Shown one piece after another: positions 12,365-19,742 of a DNA stretch of 37,834 nt. The stretch's first letter is position 1, and each line of letters starts with the position of its first letter. The stretch covers positions 1 to 37,834 of the forward strand of contig DASSHJ010000228.1 in NCBI GenBank assembly GCA_035692965.1, read 5' to 3'. This DNA is from Nitrosospira sp. Lineage in GTDB: Bacteria > Pseudomonadota > Gammaproteobacteria > Burkholderiales > Nitrosomonadaceae. Under the pieces are notes generated by a model. The model saw only the letters and a program-made list of their open reading frames with translations, searched no databases and had not been told where the DNA came from. A program made the translations under genes and the position numbers.

Positions 12365-12810
12365 GGTTTGATTCCCTTTTTCAGTTCCTGTCTCCCGGCC
12401 ACGCGCGAACGCCGCCAGTTCCTCCCATCCTCTGGCGTGCCCCAATCCAGCGCACCCAACCTCCACAGATAAGCCAGTGCAGCGCCCAGGACAGCGATAA
12501 ATATGAGTGCCTCGACATATCCGGCCCAACCCAGCTCCCGAAAAGCGATAGCCCAGGCAAAAAGAAACGCGGCTTCGACATCGAAAATTACAAAGAACAC
12601 CGCGATCAGATAAAATTTGGCAGATAACCGCAGGCGTGCCAAGCCTGCGGGGACGATTCCGCTTTCGAACGGTTCGTTTGTTTCCGGGCTCTTGTGGCGT
12701 TCCCCGATTACGTAGGAAAGTCCCACAATGGTCGCGAGAAGCATCACGACAAGGAAGAAATAGGCGACCAGCGGCCAGATTTCAACCGGCGAGCCCTGAA
12801 CGGTATTCAT
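12361..12810 (-). CDS. nuoA: NADH-quinone oxidoreductase subunit A
   Basis: [29 protein letters not shown] and [10 protein letters not shown]. First gene of the operon. Confidence 0.97.
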   Translation of the reverse strand: MNTVQGSPVEIWPLVAYFFLVVMLLATIVGLSYVIGERHKSPETNEPFESGIVPAGLARLRLSAKFYLIAVFFVIFDVEAAFLFAWAIAFRELGWAGYVEALIFIAVLGAALAYLWRLGALDWGTPEDGRNWRRSRVAGRQELKKGIKP

Positions 12811-13021
12811 GGGGGGAAGGGTTTCCTCTGGGCCTGGTTCCTTGTCGGCCTGCCATGCCCGATTCCTGTAAGGGAAGCAAACGCAAGTATTTCAAACCAG
12901 AATCGCGTGTTCTGTGCGATAGACAACAGTGGGCAGGTGCAAAATTACCTCCCCAATCCCGCTGGAATGCCTCGAATGGCAGCAAATTGCCTGGGATGAT
13001 CTTCAAAGATATGCATGCAAC

Positions 13022-13771
13022 ATGAGAACGACCAAGCGGAGGGGGAGAACGATAAAGGCGGATATAAGCGGGCAACGAGACCTGTTTTCTGTCTGCTCGT
13101 TACTGCTGAAAGTGATTGTGGCGCTGGCGATCCTCGTAGTGAATACTATTGCGGCTGCTTCGGCGGATACGTTCCGCAACAGTTGCGAAAAGACGGTCGG
13201 CGCAGGGAAGGTAGTGGTTACATATATCGACAGCGAAACCATATACAACAGCTCACATTCGACAAAATCGCTCCAATCCCGGACTGCCAAAAGCAGCGAC
13301 AGCTATCACAGCATTTATGGATTGACACACGCGGAACCATCATTCCGCCTGGAAATACGGTCACGGTTGCTGGTGAACGCGGATGGACAGACGTGCATGG
13401 TTCCGGATGTTTCAGTAAAACTGGGCTTTTCGGCAATGCACGTATACCTGGCCAAAGAGCTCGGGGACAGCTGCAGGAAAAATATCGTGCGGGAGCACGA
13501 ACTGGAGCACGTATCCACGTGGAAATCCCATTTTCGCATAGGAGCGAAAATGCTCAAGGAACCGCTACGGGCGGCATTCTCCCGACCCCGTCATTACAGC
13601 TCGGAGAAAGAAGCGCAGGCCGACTTGAAACCCTGGGTGGAAGAAGTGCTGAAGCCCTTGCAGCATAAACTGGTGAATTCAGTGATGGACGCTCAACGGG
13701 CGATCGATGCTCCTGCGTCTTATGAGCGAGTAAGGCAGCGCCTGTATATGTGCCTTGCAGGAAACAGCTGA
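13022..13771 (+). CDS. Exported protein with HExxH motif (putative Zn-dependent peptidase, DUF922-like)
   Basis: Hydrophobic signal-like stretch VIVALAILVVNTIAAASA, HELEH motif, and C-terminal QRAIDAPASY. Start uncertain (12929 GTG, 13022 ATG or 13112 GTG, all in frame). Confidence 0.65.
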   Translation: MRTTKRRGRTIKADISGQRDLFSVCSLLLKVIVALAILVVNTIAAASADTFRNSCEKTVGAGKVVVTYIDSETIYNSSHSTKSLQSRTAKSSDSYHSIYGLTHAEPSFRLEIRSRLLVNADGQTCMVPDVSVKLGFSAMHVYLAKELGDSCRKNIVREHELEHVSTWKSHFRIGAKMLKEPLRAAFSRPRHYSSEKEAQADLKPWVEEVLKPLQHKLVNSVMDAQRAIDAPASYERVRQRLYMCLAGNS

Positions 13772-13884
13772 CTTTGCTTCAATATCGGGATAATATTCAA
13801 AAGCTCAGGGACCCAGAGACAAGTCCCGGCGGGAGGTGGCGTGCAGGATGTCGTGCGTGAAAGGAAGAGCGGGTTATTTCCGCT

Positions 13885-14508
13885 TTAAGGCTTGGGACAC
13901 CCTATGCATCCGTTCGTATTGAGCTTGGAAAAATCGACTTCATCGAGGACTGCTCCCCGTAGGTCAGCTCCCTGAAGAGTTGCATTATCAAGCTTTACGC
14001 CCGTCATGTTGGCTCCGCGGAAGTCGGCTTGTGTCATTACGCTCCCTGATAGGTCCGCCCTTTGAAGCTGAGCATTGCGAAACTTCGCATTCGTCAGGTT
14101 CGCCCCGCTCAAATTAGCGCCTTTCAATTGTGCATCCGTGAGATCGGATCGCGTCAAGTCAGCGCTCTTGAGGCGCACCCCGTTCAACTGGGCGTGATCG
14201 AGCCTGGCACCGACAATCGTTGCGTTTTTTAAATCTGCATCGTTCAGTACCGCGCCTTCAAGATTTGAACCCGTCAGATTGACCATATCCATATTCGCGT
14301 TCAGAAGATTGGCCCCCTGCAAGTTGGCCCCGCTCAAATTGGATTTCCGAAAACCTGCCCGCGCGAGATCAGCGCCATGCATGTCGGCTGCTCGTAAATC
14401 CAGTTCGATGCAGAGCGCAGCGGGGCGGATTTCGCAGCCATTGATATTCGCGGCAACGGCACTATCCGTGGTAATTGCGGCGGCGAGCAGAATCAGGTAA
14501 CGGTTCAT
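13885..14508 (-). CDS. Secreted pentapeptide-repeat protein
   Basis: Signal peptide MNRYLILLAAAITTDSAVA, then a long run of A(D/N)Lxx pentapeptides (ADMHG ADLAR AGFRK SNLSG ANLQG...). Cys residues cap both ends. Confidence 0.93.
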   Translation of the reverse strand: MNRYLILLAAAITTDSAVAANINGCEIRPAALCIELDLRAADMHGADLARAGFRKSNLSGANLQGANLLNANMDMVNLTGSNLEGAVLNDADLKNATIVGARLDHAQLNGVRLKSADLTRSDLTDAQLKGANLSGANLTNAKFRNAQLQRADLSGSVMTQADFRGANMTGVKLDNATLQGADLRGAVLDEVDFSKLNTNGCIGCPKP

Positions 14509-14632
14509 TTTTCACCGGGATCGAGGAATAATAAATGGATGGTATATGATTCTCTCTGCTGCATCGGTTTGGTAACCAACATACCCGACATACCTTGGAC
14601 TGCACATCTGCCTGGAAAAAAAACCAATAGCG

Positions 14633-14650
14633 GATCGAGTTAACTCGATC
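14633..14650. promoter_or_regulatory. Perfect 18-bp palindrome (terminator hairpin or operator)
   Basis: GATCGAGTTAACTCGATC is self-complementary. It lies 12 nt past the peroxiredoxin stop and is followed on the minus strand, after 9 nt, by T8. Confidence 0.55.
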
Positions 14651-14662
14651 TTTGATGCGGAA

Positions 14663-15190
14663 TCAGGAACCTTTCATTCTTTTCAAGTCCTCGATTACTT
14701 CAACAGAATTTCGCGACGCGCTCGCCGATAAATAGATTTTGGCGATTCTGCCGTCCGGGTCGATGAGGTAAGTGTTTCGCTTGGCCATACCGATGATGCT
14801 CCACATCGAATCGTAACGCTTCGCGGTCTCGCCCTTGCTGTCCGCCAGAAGCGGAAAGGGAAGATTATATTTTTTGGCAAAACCGGCATGGCTGGCGCTG
14901 TCGTCCACGCTTATACCAACGACTTCCGCGCCCAGATCCCTCAATTGGTGAATGTCATCACGGAACTTGCACGCCTGCTTCGTGCAACCAGGCGTGTTGT
15001 CCTTGACATAGAAGTACAAGGTCAGCCACTTGCCGTGATAATCAGAGAGTTTGTGGGTCTTGCCGTTTTGATCAGGAAGATTAAAATCCGGCGCTGCCTG
15101 GCCCACCTTAAGAGGTTCGGCAACTGCACCACGACTCCCCAAAGTCATGATCATTGTTACTAATGCTGCAAGTATGGCGAACAATTTCAT
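14663..15190 (-). CDS. bcp: BCP/PrxQ-family peroxiredoxin with N-terminal signal peptide
   Basis: LKVGQAAPDFNLPDQNG, YFYVKDNTPGCTKQAC, VVGISVD, FPLLAD and RNTYLIDPDG. ATG at 15190 begins MKLFAILAALVTMIMTLGSRGAVA. Confidence 0.9.
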   Translation of the reverse strand: MKLFAILAALVTMIMTLGSRGAVAEPLKVGQAAPDFNLPDQNGKTHKLSDYHGKWLTLYFYVKDNTPGCTKQACKFRDDIHQLRDLGAEVVGISVDDSASHAGFAKKYNLPFPLLADSKGETAKRYDSMWSIIGMAKRNTYLIDPDGRIAKIYLSASASRNSVEVIEDLKRMKGS

Positions 15191-15431
15191 GATTTCATCC
15201 CTTGATATTTCCATTAATCTTGCCAATTCCGATCGGATAAGCCCATTTGCAGCAAACCCTGCCGGATCGATCGTCAACATTTGTGCCTGTTGACACTTGT
15301 TTCGCCCCCGCCTCCGTGACGAGATTTCAACCGGAACGAGGCACGAGTCGGACAGCGGAGCAAGCTTTGTAAGCGGCGAGTAACGATGGACCGACGAATT
15401 CCATCCGGTGCACCCAAAAAAAGCGCCGCAA

Positions 15432-16205
15432 TCACATGTTCCTGCTCTTCTTGATCAGGTCATAAGCTGCCTGCACTTCCTGTGCTTGGGCAGTCGCTAC
15501 TTTGATCATATCCTCCGGGAGACCTTGGCCCATTAATTTATCAGGATGATACTGGCTCATGAGCTTTCTATAGGCACGCTTGATTTCCTGGTCGGTACTC
15601 TCCCTGGTCACGCCCAAAGCCTTGTACGCTTCATCGAGGGAGGTAGGGGAAGCAGCTTTGCCTCCCGCAAAGTGGGACTGGTTCAGAACCATGTCCAGCA
15701 GTTGCCGGAATGCAGATTCATCATAGCCGAGATGCAGCGCGCAGTTTCTTAACAGCGTCTCCTCCCGGGCGTCCATAAGCCCGTCGGAAATTGCCATCAC
15801 GATGAGATAAACCAGAAGCATCTGGCGCAGGCTGTTGGTATGTCCGCAAACGACCATGAATTCGTCCAGCTTGCGCTCGTAATCAAAATCGGGGGCGGCT
15901 CCCTGCTTGAACAGCGCGATTGCCTGTTGCCGGTGCTCGGTCGTCATTCCCAGTTTTTGCATGAAATCTTCCACGTGGGATATCTCATCCGGGGTAATGT
16001 GCCCATCTGCCTTTGCAAGCTTTCCCATCATGATGAAGACTGTTTGGATGAAGACGGCCTGCCGATTGGCGTTGGTCAGGGGATTGACTGCCCCTGCCCC
16101 ATACGCAACATATCTGTCGATGAAGCTGCCGACGATATAGCCGACCAAGGCGCCGAAAAAGCCGAGGAAGTACAAACCCAGCAAGGCTCCGATTATCTTG
16201 AACAA
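15432..16205 (-). CDS. djlA: DnaJ-like co-chaperone DjlA
   Basis: N-terminal Gly-rich transmembrane segment, TerB-like LAKADGH domain, and C-terminal J domain (IKRAYRKLMSQYHPDKL). Probable TTG start at 16205 after AGGA. Confidence 0.93.
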   Translation of the reverse strand: MFKIIGALLGLYFLGFFGALVGYIVGSFIDRYVAYGAGAVNPLTNANRQAVFIQTVFIMMGKLAKADGHITPDEISHVEDFMQKLGMTTEHRQQAIALFKQGAAPDFDYERKLDEFMVVCGHTNSLRQMLLVYLIVMAISDGLMDAREETLLRNCALHLGYDESAFRQLLDMVLNQSHFAGGKAASPTSLDEAYKALGVTRESTDQEIKRAYRKLMSQYHPDKLMGQGLPEDMIKVATAQAQEVQAAYDLIKKSRNM

Positions 16206-16360
16206 GGCAATATTCCTGGAATGGGATGAGATGGGAGTGAATGAGAAACGCAGCCAGAGGCATCTGGAATTATCCCCCAACTAGCGCCCGAATAATATTA
16301 ATAGGTAATATTACTATTGAAGACAGGTAACTCATTCTCGCCGCTGCTCACTGCTGGCAG

Positions 16361-17107
16361 ATGGCAGACGAAAAACAGGAGGAAATGATGATTGAATTGT
16401 ACTCAAGTCCTACCCCAAATGGCCAAAAGGTCATGATCATGCTCGAGGAAACCGGCCTGGAGTGGAAGCATATCGACGTCAATATATCGCTTGGGGAGCA
16501 GTTTCAAGCGGAGCATCTGAGGCTCAATCCCAATAACAAGATTCCCGCAATTATCGATACGGATGGACCGGGTGGCAGACCTTACACAATGATGGAATCG
16601 GGCGCCATTCTTGTTTATCTCGCCGAAAAAACCGGAAAGTTCATGCCGAGGGATGAGCGCAGGCACTACGATACGCTGCAATGGCTGTTCTTCCAGGCTG
16701 CCCATATCGGGCCGATGTTCGGCCAGGCGAATCACTTCAACCGGCAGGCCAGCGACAACCACTACGCGAGGGACCGATACAACAATGAGTCGCTGCGGCT
16801 GTATCGTGTGCTCGAGAATCGCCTGCGGGAGACTGACTGGATCGCGGGAGATGAATATACGATAGCGGACATCGCCACCTACCCATGGTGCAAGGGCCAT
16901 GCGGATCGCGGCGTGAACAAGGCAAGCTTTCCCAATTTCATGCGCTGGTTCGATGCCATGGAATCGAGACAGGGTGTGCAGCGCAGCAATCGAATGGCCA
17001 CCGAGATTCGAGAGCGCATGGACAAGGCGGCGGAAGGTCGAAAACCCATCGATATTTATGACACCAAGGATAACGGAGATCGCCTTGCTCGCGCCACTCG
17101 CGACTAG
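16361..17107 (+). CDS. Glutathione S-transferase, YfcG-like (GSH-dependent disulfide oxidoreductase)
   Basis: PTPNGQKV, LNPNNKIPAI, ESGAILVYLAEKTG, GPMFGQANHF and YTIADIATYPW. Start may be the downstream ATG pair near 16385-16388. Confidence 0.92.
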   Translation: MADEKQEEMMIELYSSPTPNGQKVMIMLEETGLEWKHIDVNISLGEQFQAEHLRLNPNNKIPAIIDTDGPGGRPYTMMESGAILVYLAEKTGKFMPRDERRHYDTLQWLFFQAAHIGPMFGQANHFNRQASDNHYARDRYNNESLRLYRVLENRLRETDWIAGDEYTIADIATYPWCKGHADRGVNKASFPNFMRWFDAMESRQGVQRSNRMATEIRERMDKAAEGRKPIDIYDTKDNGDRLARATRD

Positions 17108-17412
17108 GATCCCTGCTAACCCAGCATTCAGGCCACGCGGTGCAAGGATGCTCGGAAGCGGCCGTCAGCTAACTTGAAAAAAATCAGCGATAAAACAAGG
17201 CTGCAGCTTCATTCTCTGGTAAACAATTGCTCAAAATTTGGGTCAAAAAAGCAGACGGTCTGACAAGTGCCTATCTGACACGCGGCGTCGGGCGGATTCA
17301 TCCTGTGATGCAACCCGCGTCGGCAAGGTCGCTTTCCTTCCGTCACTCGTTCACGAAATCATGCATCACGATCTCGCAGTGCCCAGGCACATTAATTCAC
17401 TGGATATAAAAT

Positions 17413-17829
17413 ATGGCGTCTTTCAAGAGGTTTTGCCTTGCGATATCCCTGGCTGCTCTTTTAGCAGCCCCTCAATTTGGCTGCGCCCCCTACATGGCTG
17501 CAAAACAACCAGGGGCAAAAAACCTGGAGTTGTTTAAAACAGGAACTCCCCGAAATGCTCTATTGGCCGAGTTTGGCGCGCCGGCGGTGAGTGAAAATAG
17601 AAATGGGACTCAACACGAAATATTCAGGTTTGTGCAGGGGTACAGTACCGCAGCGCGAACAAGCAGGGCGCTTTTGCATGGAGTGGCGGATGTGGCAACC
17701 TTTGGGCTTTGGGAGGTCGTCGGAACACCCGCAGAAGCAGTATTTAGCGGGGACGAAATGGCATACGACGTCACTTATGACAAGAACGACCGCGTCGATC
17801 AGGTCACGATACTGAAAATGGATAAGTAA
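17413..17829 (+). CDS. Hypothetical lipoprotein
   Basis: 138 aa with a basic N-terminus, hydrophobic core and lipobox-like QFGC. It also contains ADVATFGLWEVVGTPAE. Confidence 0.75.
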   Translation: MASFKRFCLAISLAALLAAPQFGCAPYMAAKQPGAKNLELFKTGTPRNALLAEFGAPAVSENRNGTQHEIFRFVQGYSTAARTSRALLHGVADVATFGLWEVVGTPAEAVFSGDEMAYDVTYDKNDRVDQVTILKMDK

Positions 17830-18089
17830 AGCGGGCAGGAACACAAGTTTGGCAGGAAACGAAACTTGTTCGAAGCTCCCCTTTCATCCTTTTCCCCTGC
17901 CAAGGAATTTATCCATGGGCATCGACCAAGCCCCATCGACACAGTTTTGCGAGCTGTTGCAATTATTTGCCTTACGTCCCACTAACGTACTCTAAATTCG
18001 GAATTCTGCATACTCCCCTAATCGGGCGCTCCCACGTTGGGCGCTGCCAACTTCCACCGTTTGGCTGAAGCTGCGGATCAGGCTTGGGC

Positions 18090-19227
18090 TTAACCAGCCT
18101 TGCGTAGCCGCTCGCCAAAGCCTGCCAGGCAAAGCCGCTCAGCAGCATGACGCAGGTCTCGGGTTCGGGGACGATTTTGCTGGATAAACGAGGATCTGTC
18201 CATGATTATTGATCCCGTACGCTTCGTCTATAGTGTTTCTGCCCGGCAGGTTCACCACCAACGAGTTGAGATCGGTTATCCCCACGCCATTGGGGCCTGT
18301 GATGAAGGCGTGAACAGAACCATCGGCTGTGCCAGAACTGCCGACCGCCTGTCCGGCATCATTGATGCCAGCGGCGACACTTTCACTGTAAGTCCCGCCT
18401 AACGTACCGAGATCCCTCATTCCCCCGCCATCAGGACCCGTGATGAAGGCGTGGGGAAAACCATCTCGGGTGTAAAAATTTCCAACTACCTGTCCTGTGT
18501 CGTTGATGCCAGTGGCGGAACTGTCACTCCCCGGCACCCCCAGGTCTCTCATCCCTACGCCATTGGGACCCGTGATGAAGGCATGCTTGGGATCACTGCC
18601 TGTGCTGGAATATCCGACTACTTGGCCGGAATCGTTGATGCCAGCGGCAGTACTATGGGTCCCGCCCCTCAGGGCACCCAGATCCCTCATCCCCACCCCA
18701 TTGGGACCTGTGATGAAAGCGTGGGAAGAACCGTCCATGTAAGAATATCCGACCACCTGCCCGGCATTATTGATGCTGGTAGCGTAACTGTTACTGTAGT
18801 AATCCCTACCCAGCGTGCCCAGATCTCTCATCCCCACGCCATTGGGACCCGTGATGAAGGCATGGGAAGAAAAACCGTCTTCGGTATCAGAATACCCGAC
18901 CACCTGTCCCGCATCGTTGATGCCATTGGCGAAACTCAAACGCCCACCCAGCGTACCCAGATCCCTCATCCCCACGCCATTGGGACCCGTGATGAAGGCG
19001 TGAACAGAACCATCGGACGTGAGAAAATGTCCGACCACCTGTCCCGAATCGTTGATACCGGAGGCGACACTATAAGTCCCGCCCAAGGTACCGAGGTAAG
19101 TCAGTTTGCCGTCAGGATTCAAGATGGCCGCAGTGCCAGCGAAGACCGGCGCCACGTAGCCAAGGCTTGCGCTCAGCACTGTCGCGGCAAGAAAATTGCA
19201 GACTTTAGAGCAGCGGATGGTTTGGAT
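18090..19227 (-). pseudogene. HAF-repeat beta-propeller / PEP-CTERM surface protein with damaged start codon and frameshifted sorting signal
   Basis: Open frame 18139-19179 holds six HAFITGP(N/D)G repeats. The signal peptide continues in frame to ATC at 19227, 7 nt after GGAG. IVPEPETCVMLLSG is present in a shifted frame, and LAGFGERLRKAG* (stop at 18090) in a third frame. Confidence 0.8.
18280..19090 (-). repeat. Intragenic HAF repeats, about 130-140 bp period
   Basis: Near-identical CTCATCCCCACGCCATTGGGACCCGTGATGAAGGC blocks recur near 18300, 18440, 18570, 18710, 18850 and 18990. Confidence 0.93.
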
Positions 19228-19348
19228 GGCGGTGCTCCGTCAGGAACGGCGTTGAGGAGCCTGGTTGTTTGAATATAGGCGATCAAAGCCAATTGTCGAA
19301 AGCGCCCGGATGCCGGGAGAACATGCCGGATAGAGCTCGTAAACTCCC

Positions 19349-19625
19349 CTATAGCCATGGATCAGGCCAACTTGAGCAGCCAGCTTTGTTAAGGCGCGCG
19401 CTAAAGCTTATCAGGACCAAACCGGCCGGCATGGCACAGGGTTCGGGTTCGGGTTCGGGTTCGGGTTCGGGTTCGGGTTCGGGTTCGGGTTCGGGTTCGG
19501 GTTCGGGGGACAATAGTAGTAGTAAAGACAAGAATCTGTCCATGATTATTGATCCCGTATGCTAAGGCTATAAATTTCCCGCGCTGCAGGCTCACAACGA
19601 GTTGGCGGCGCTCATCCCACCCGCC
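19349..19625 (-). pseudogene. 3' remnant of a second HAF/PEP-CTERM gene
   Basis: Encodes [12 protein letters not shown] (identical to the neighbouring gene's last blade), then TTTIV, a +1 shift into (PE)11, and a decayed tail [20 protein letters not shown]. The 5' part of the gene is absent. Confidence 0.85.
19439..19504. repeat. Perfect hexanucleotide tandem repeat (GGGTTC)11
   Basis: Eleven exact copies counted directly. On the minus strand they read as Pro-Glu codons (CCC GAA). Confidence 0.98.
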
Positions 19626-19742
19626 CTGTCAGCCTTCCAGCGGCAGGTTATCCTGCAGCTTTCGCAACTGCTCGATTTAGAAATCCGTATATCCGCCGTC
19701 TCCATGGGGTAAACTTGAGCCATCTTTTACTCCAGTTTTGTT

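Noticed and set aside
12811..12821. CTTCCCCC immediately before the ATG of both nuoA and the ABC ATPase gene (27017-27024)
   Set aside because: Short low-complexity match between unrelated genes; chance is a sufficient explanation.
12977..12991. Sigma54-like TGGCAGCAAATTGC
   Set aside because: GG-to-GC spacing is 9 nt rather than the required 10.
15210..15226. Sigma54-like TTGGCAAGATTAATGG upstream of bcp (minus strand)
   Set aside because: The -12 element is GG rather than GC, and it is too close to the start codon.
18280..19090. Regularly spaced direct repeats resembling a CRISPR array
   Set aside because: The period of about 135 bp keeps one reading frame, the intervening sequences are themselves homologous, the repeats translate as HAF blades, and no cas genes are present.
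18451..19272. 273-aa repetitive plus-strand ORF
   Set aside because: Antisense shadow of the HAF repeat gene.
19269..19595. Small ORFs with (GS)n or (RT)n tracts
   Set aside because: Alternative readings of the GGGTTC array; only the PE reading fits the flanking PEP-CTERM homology.
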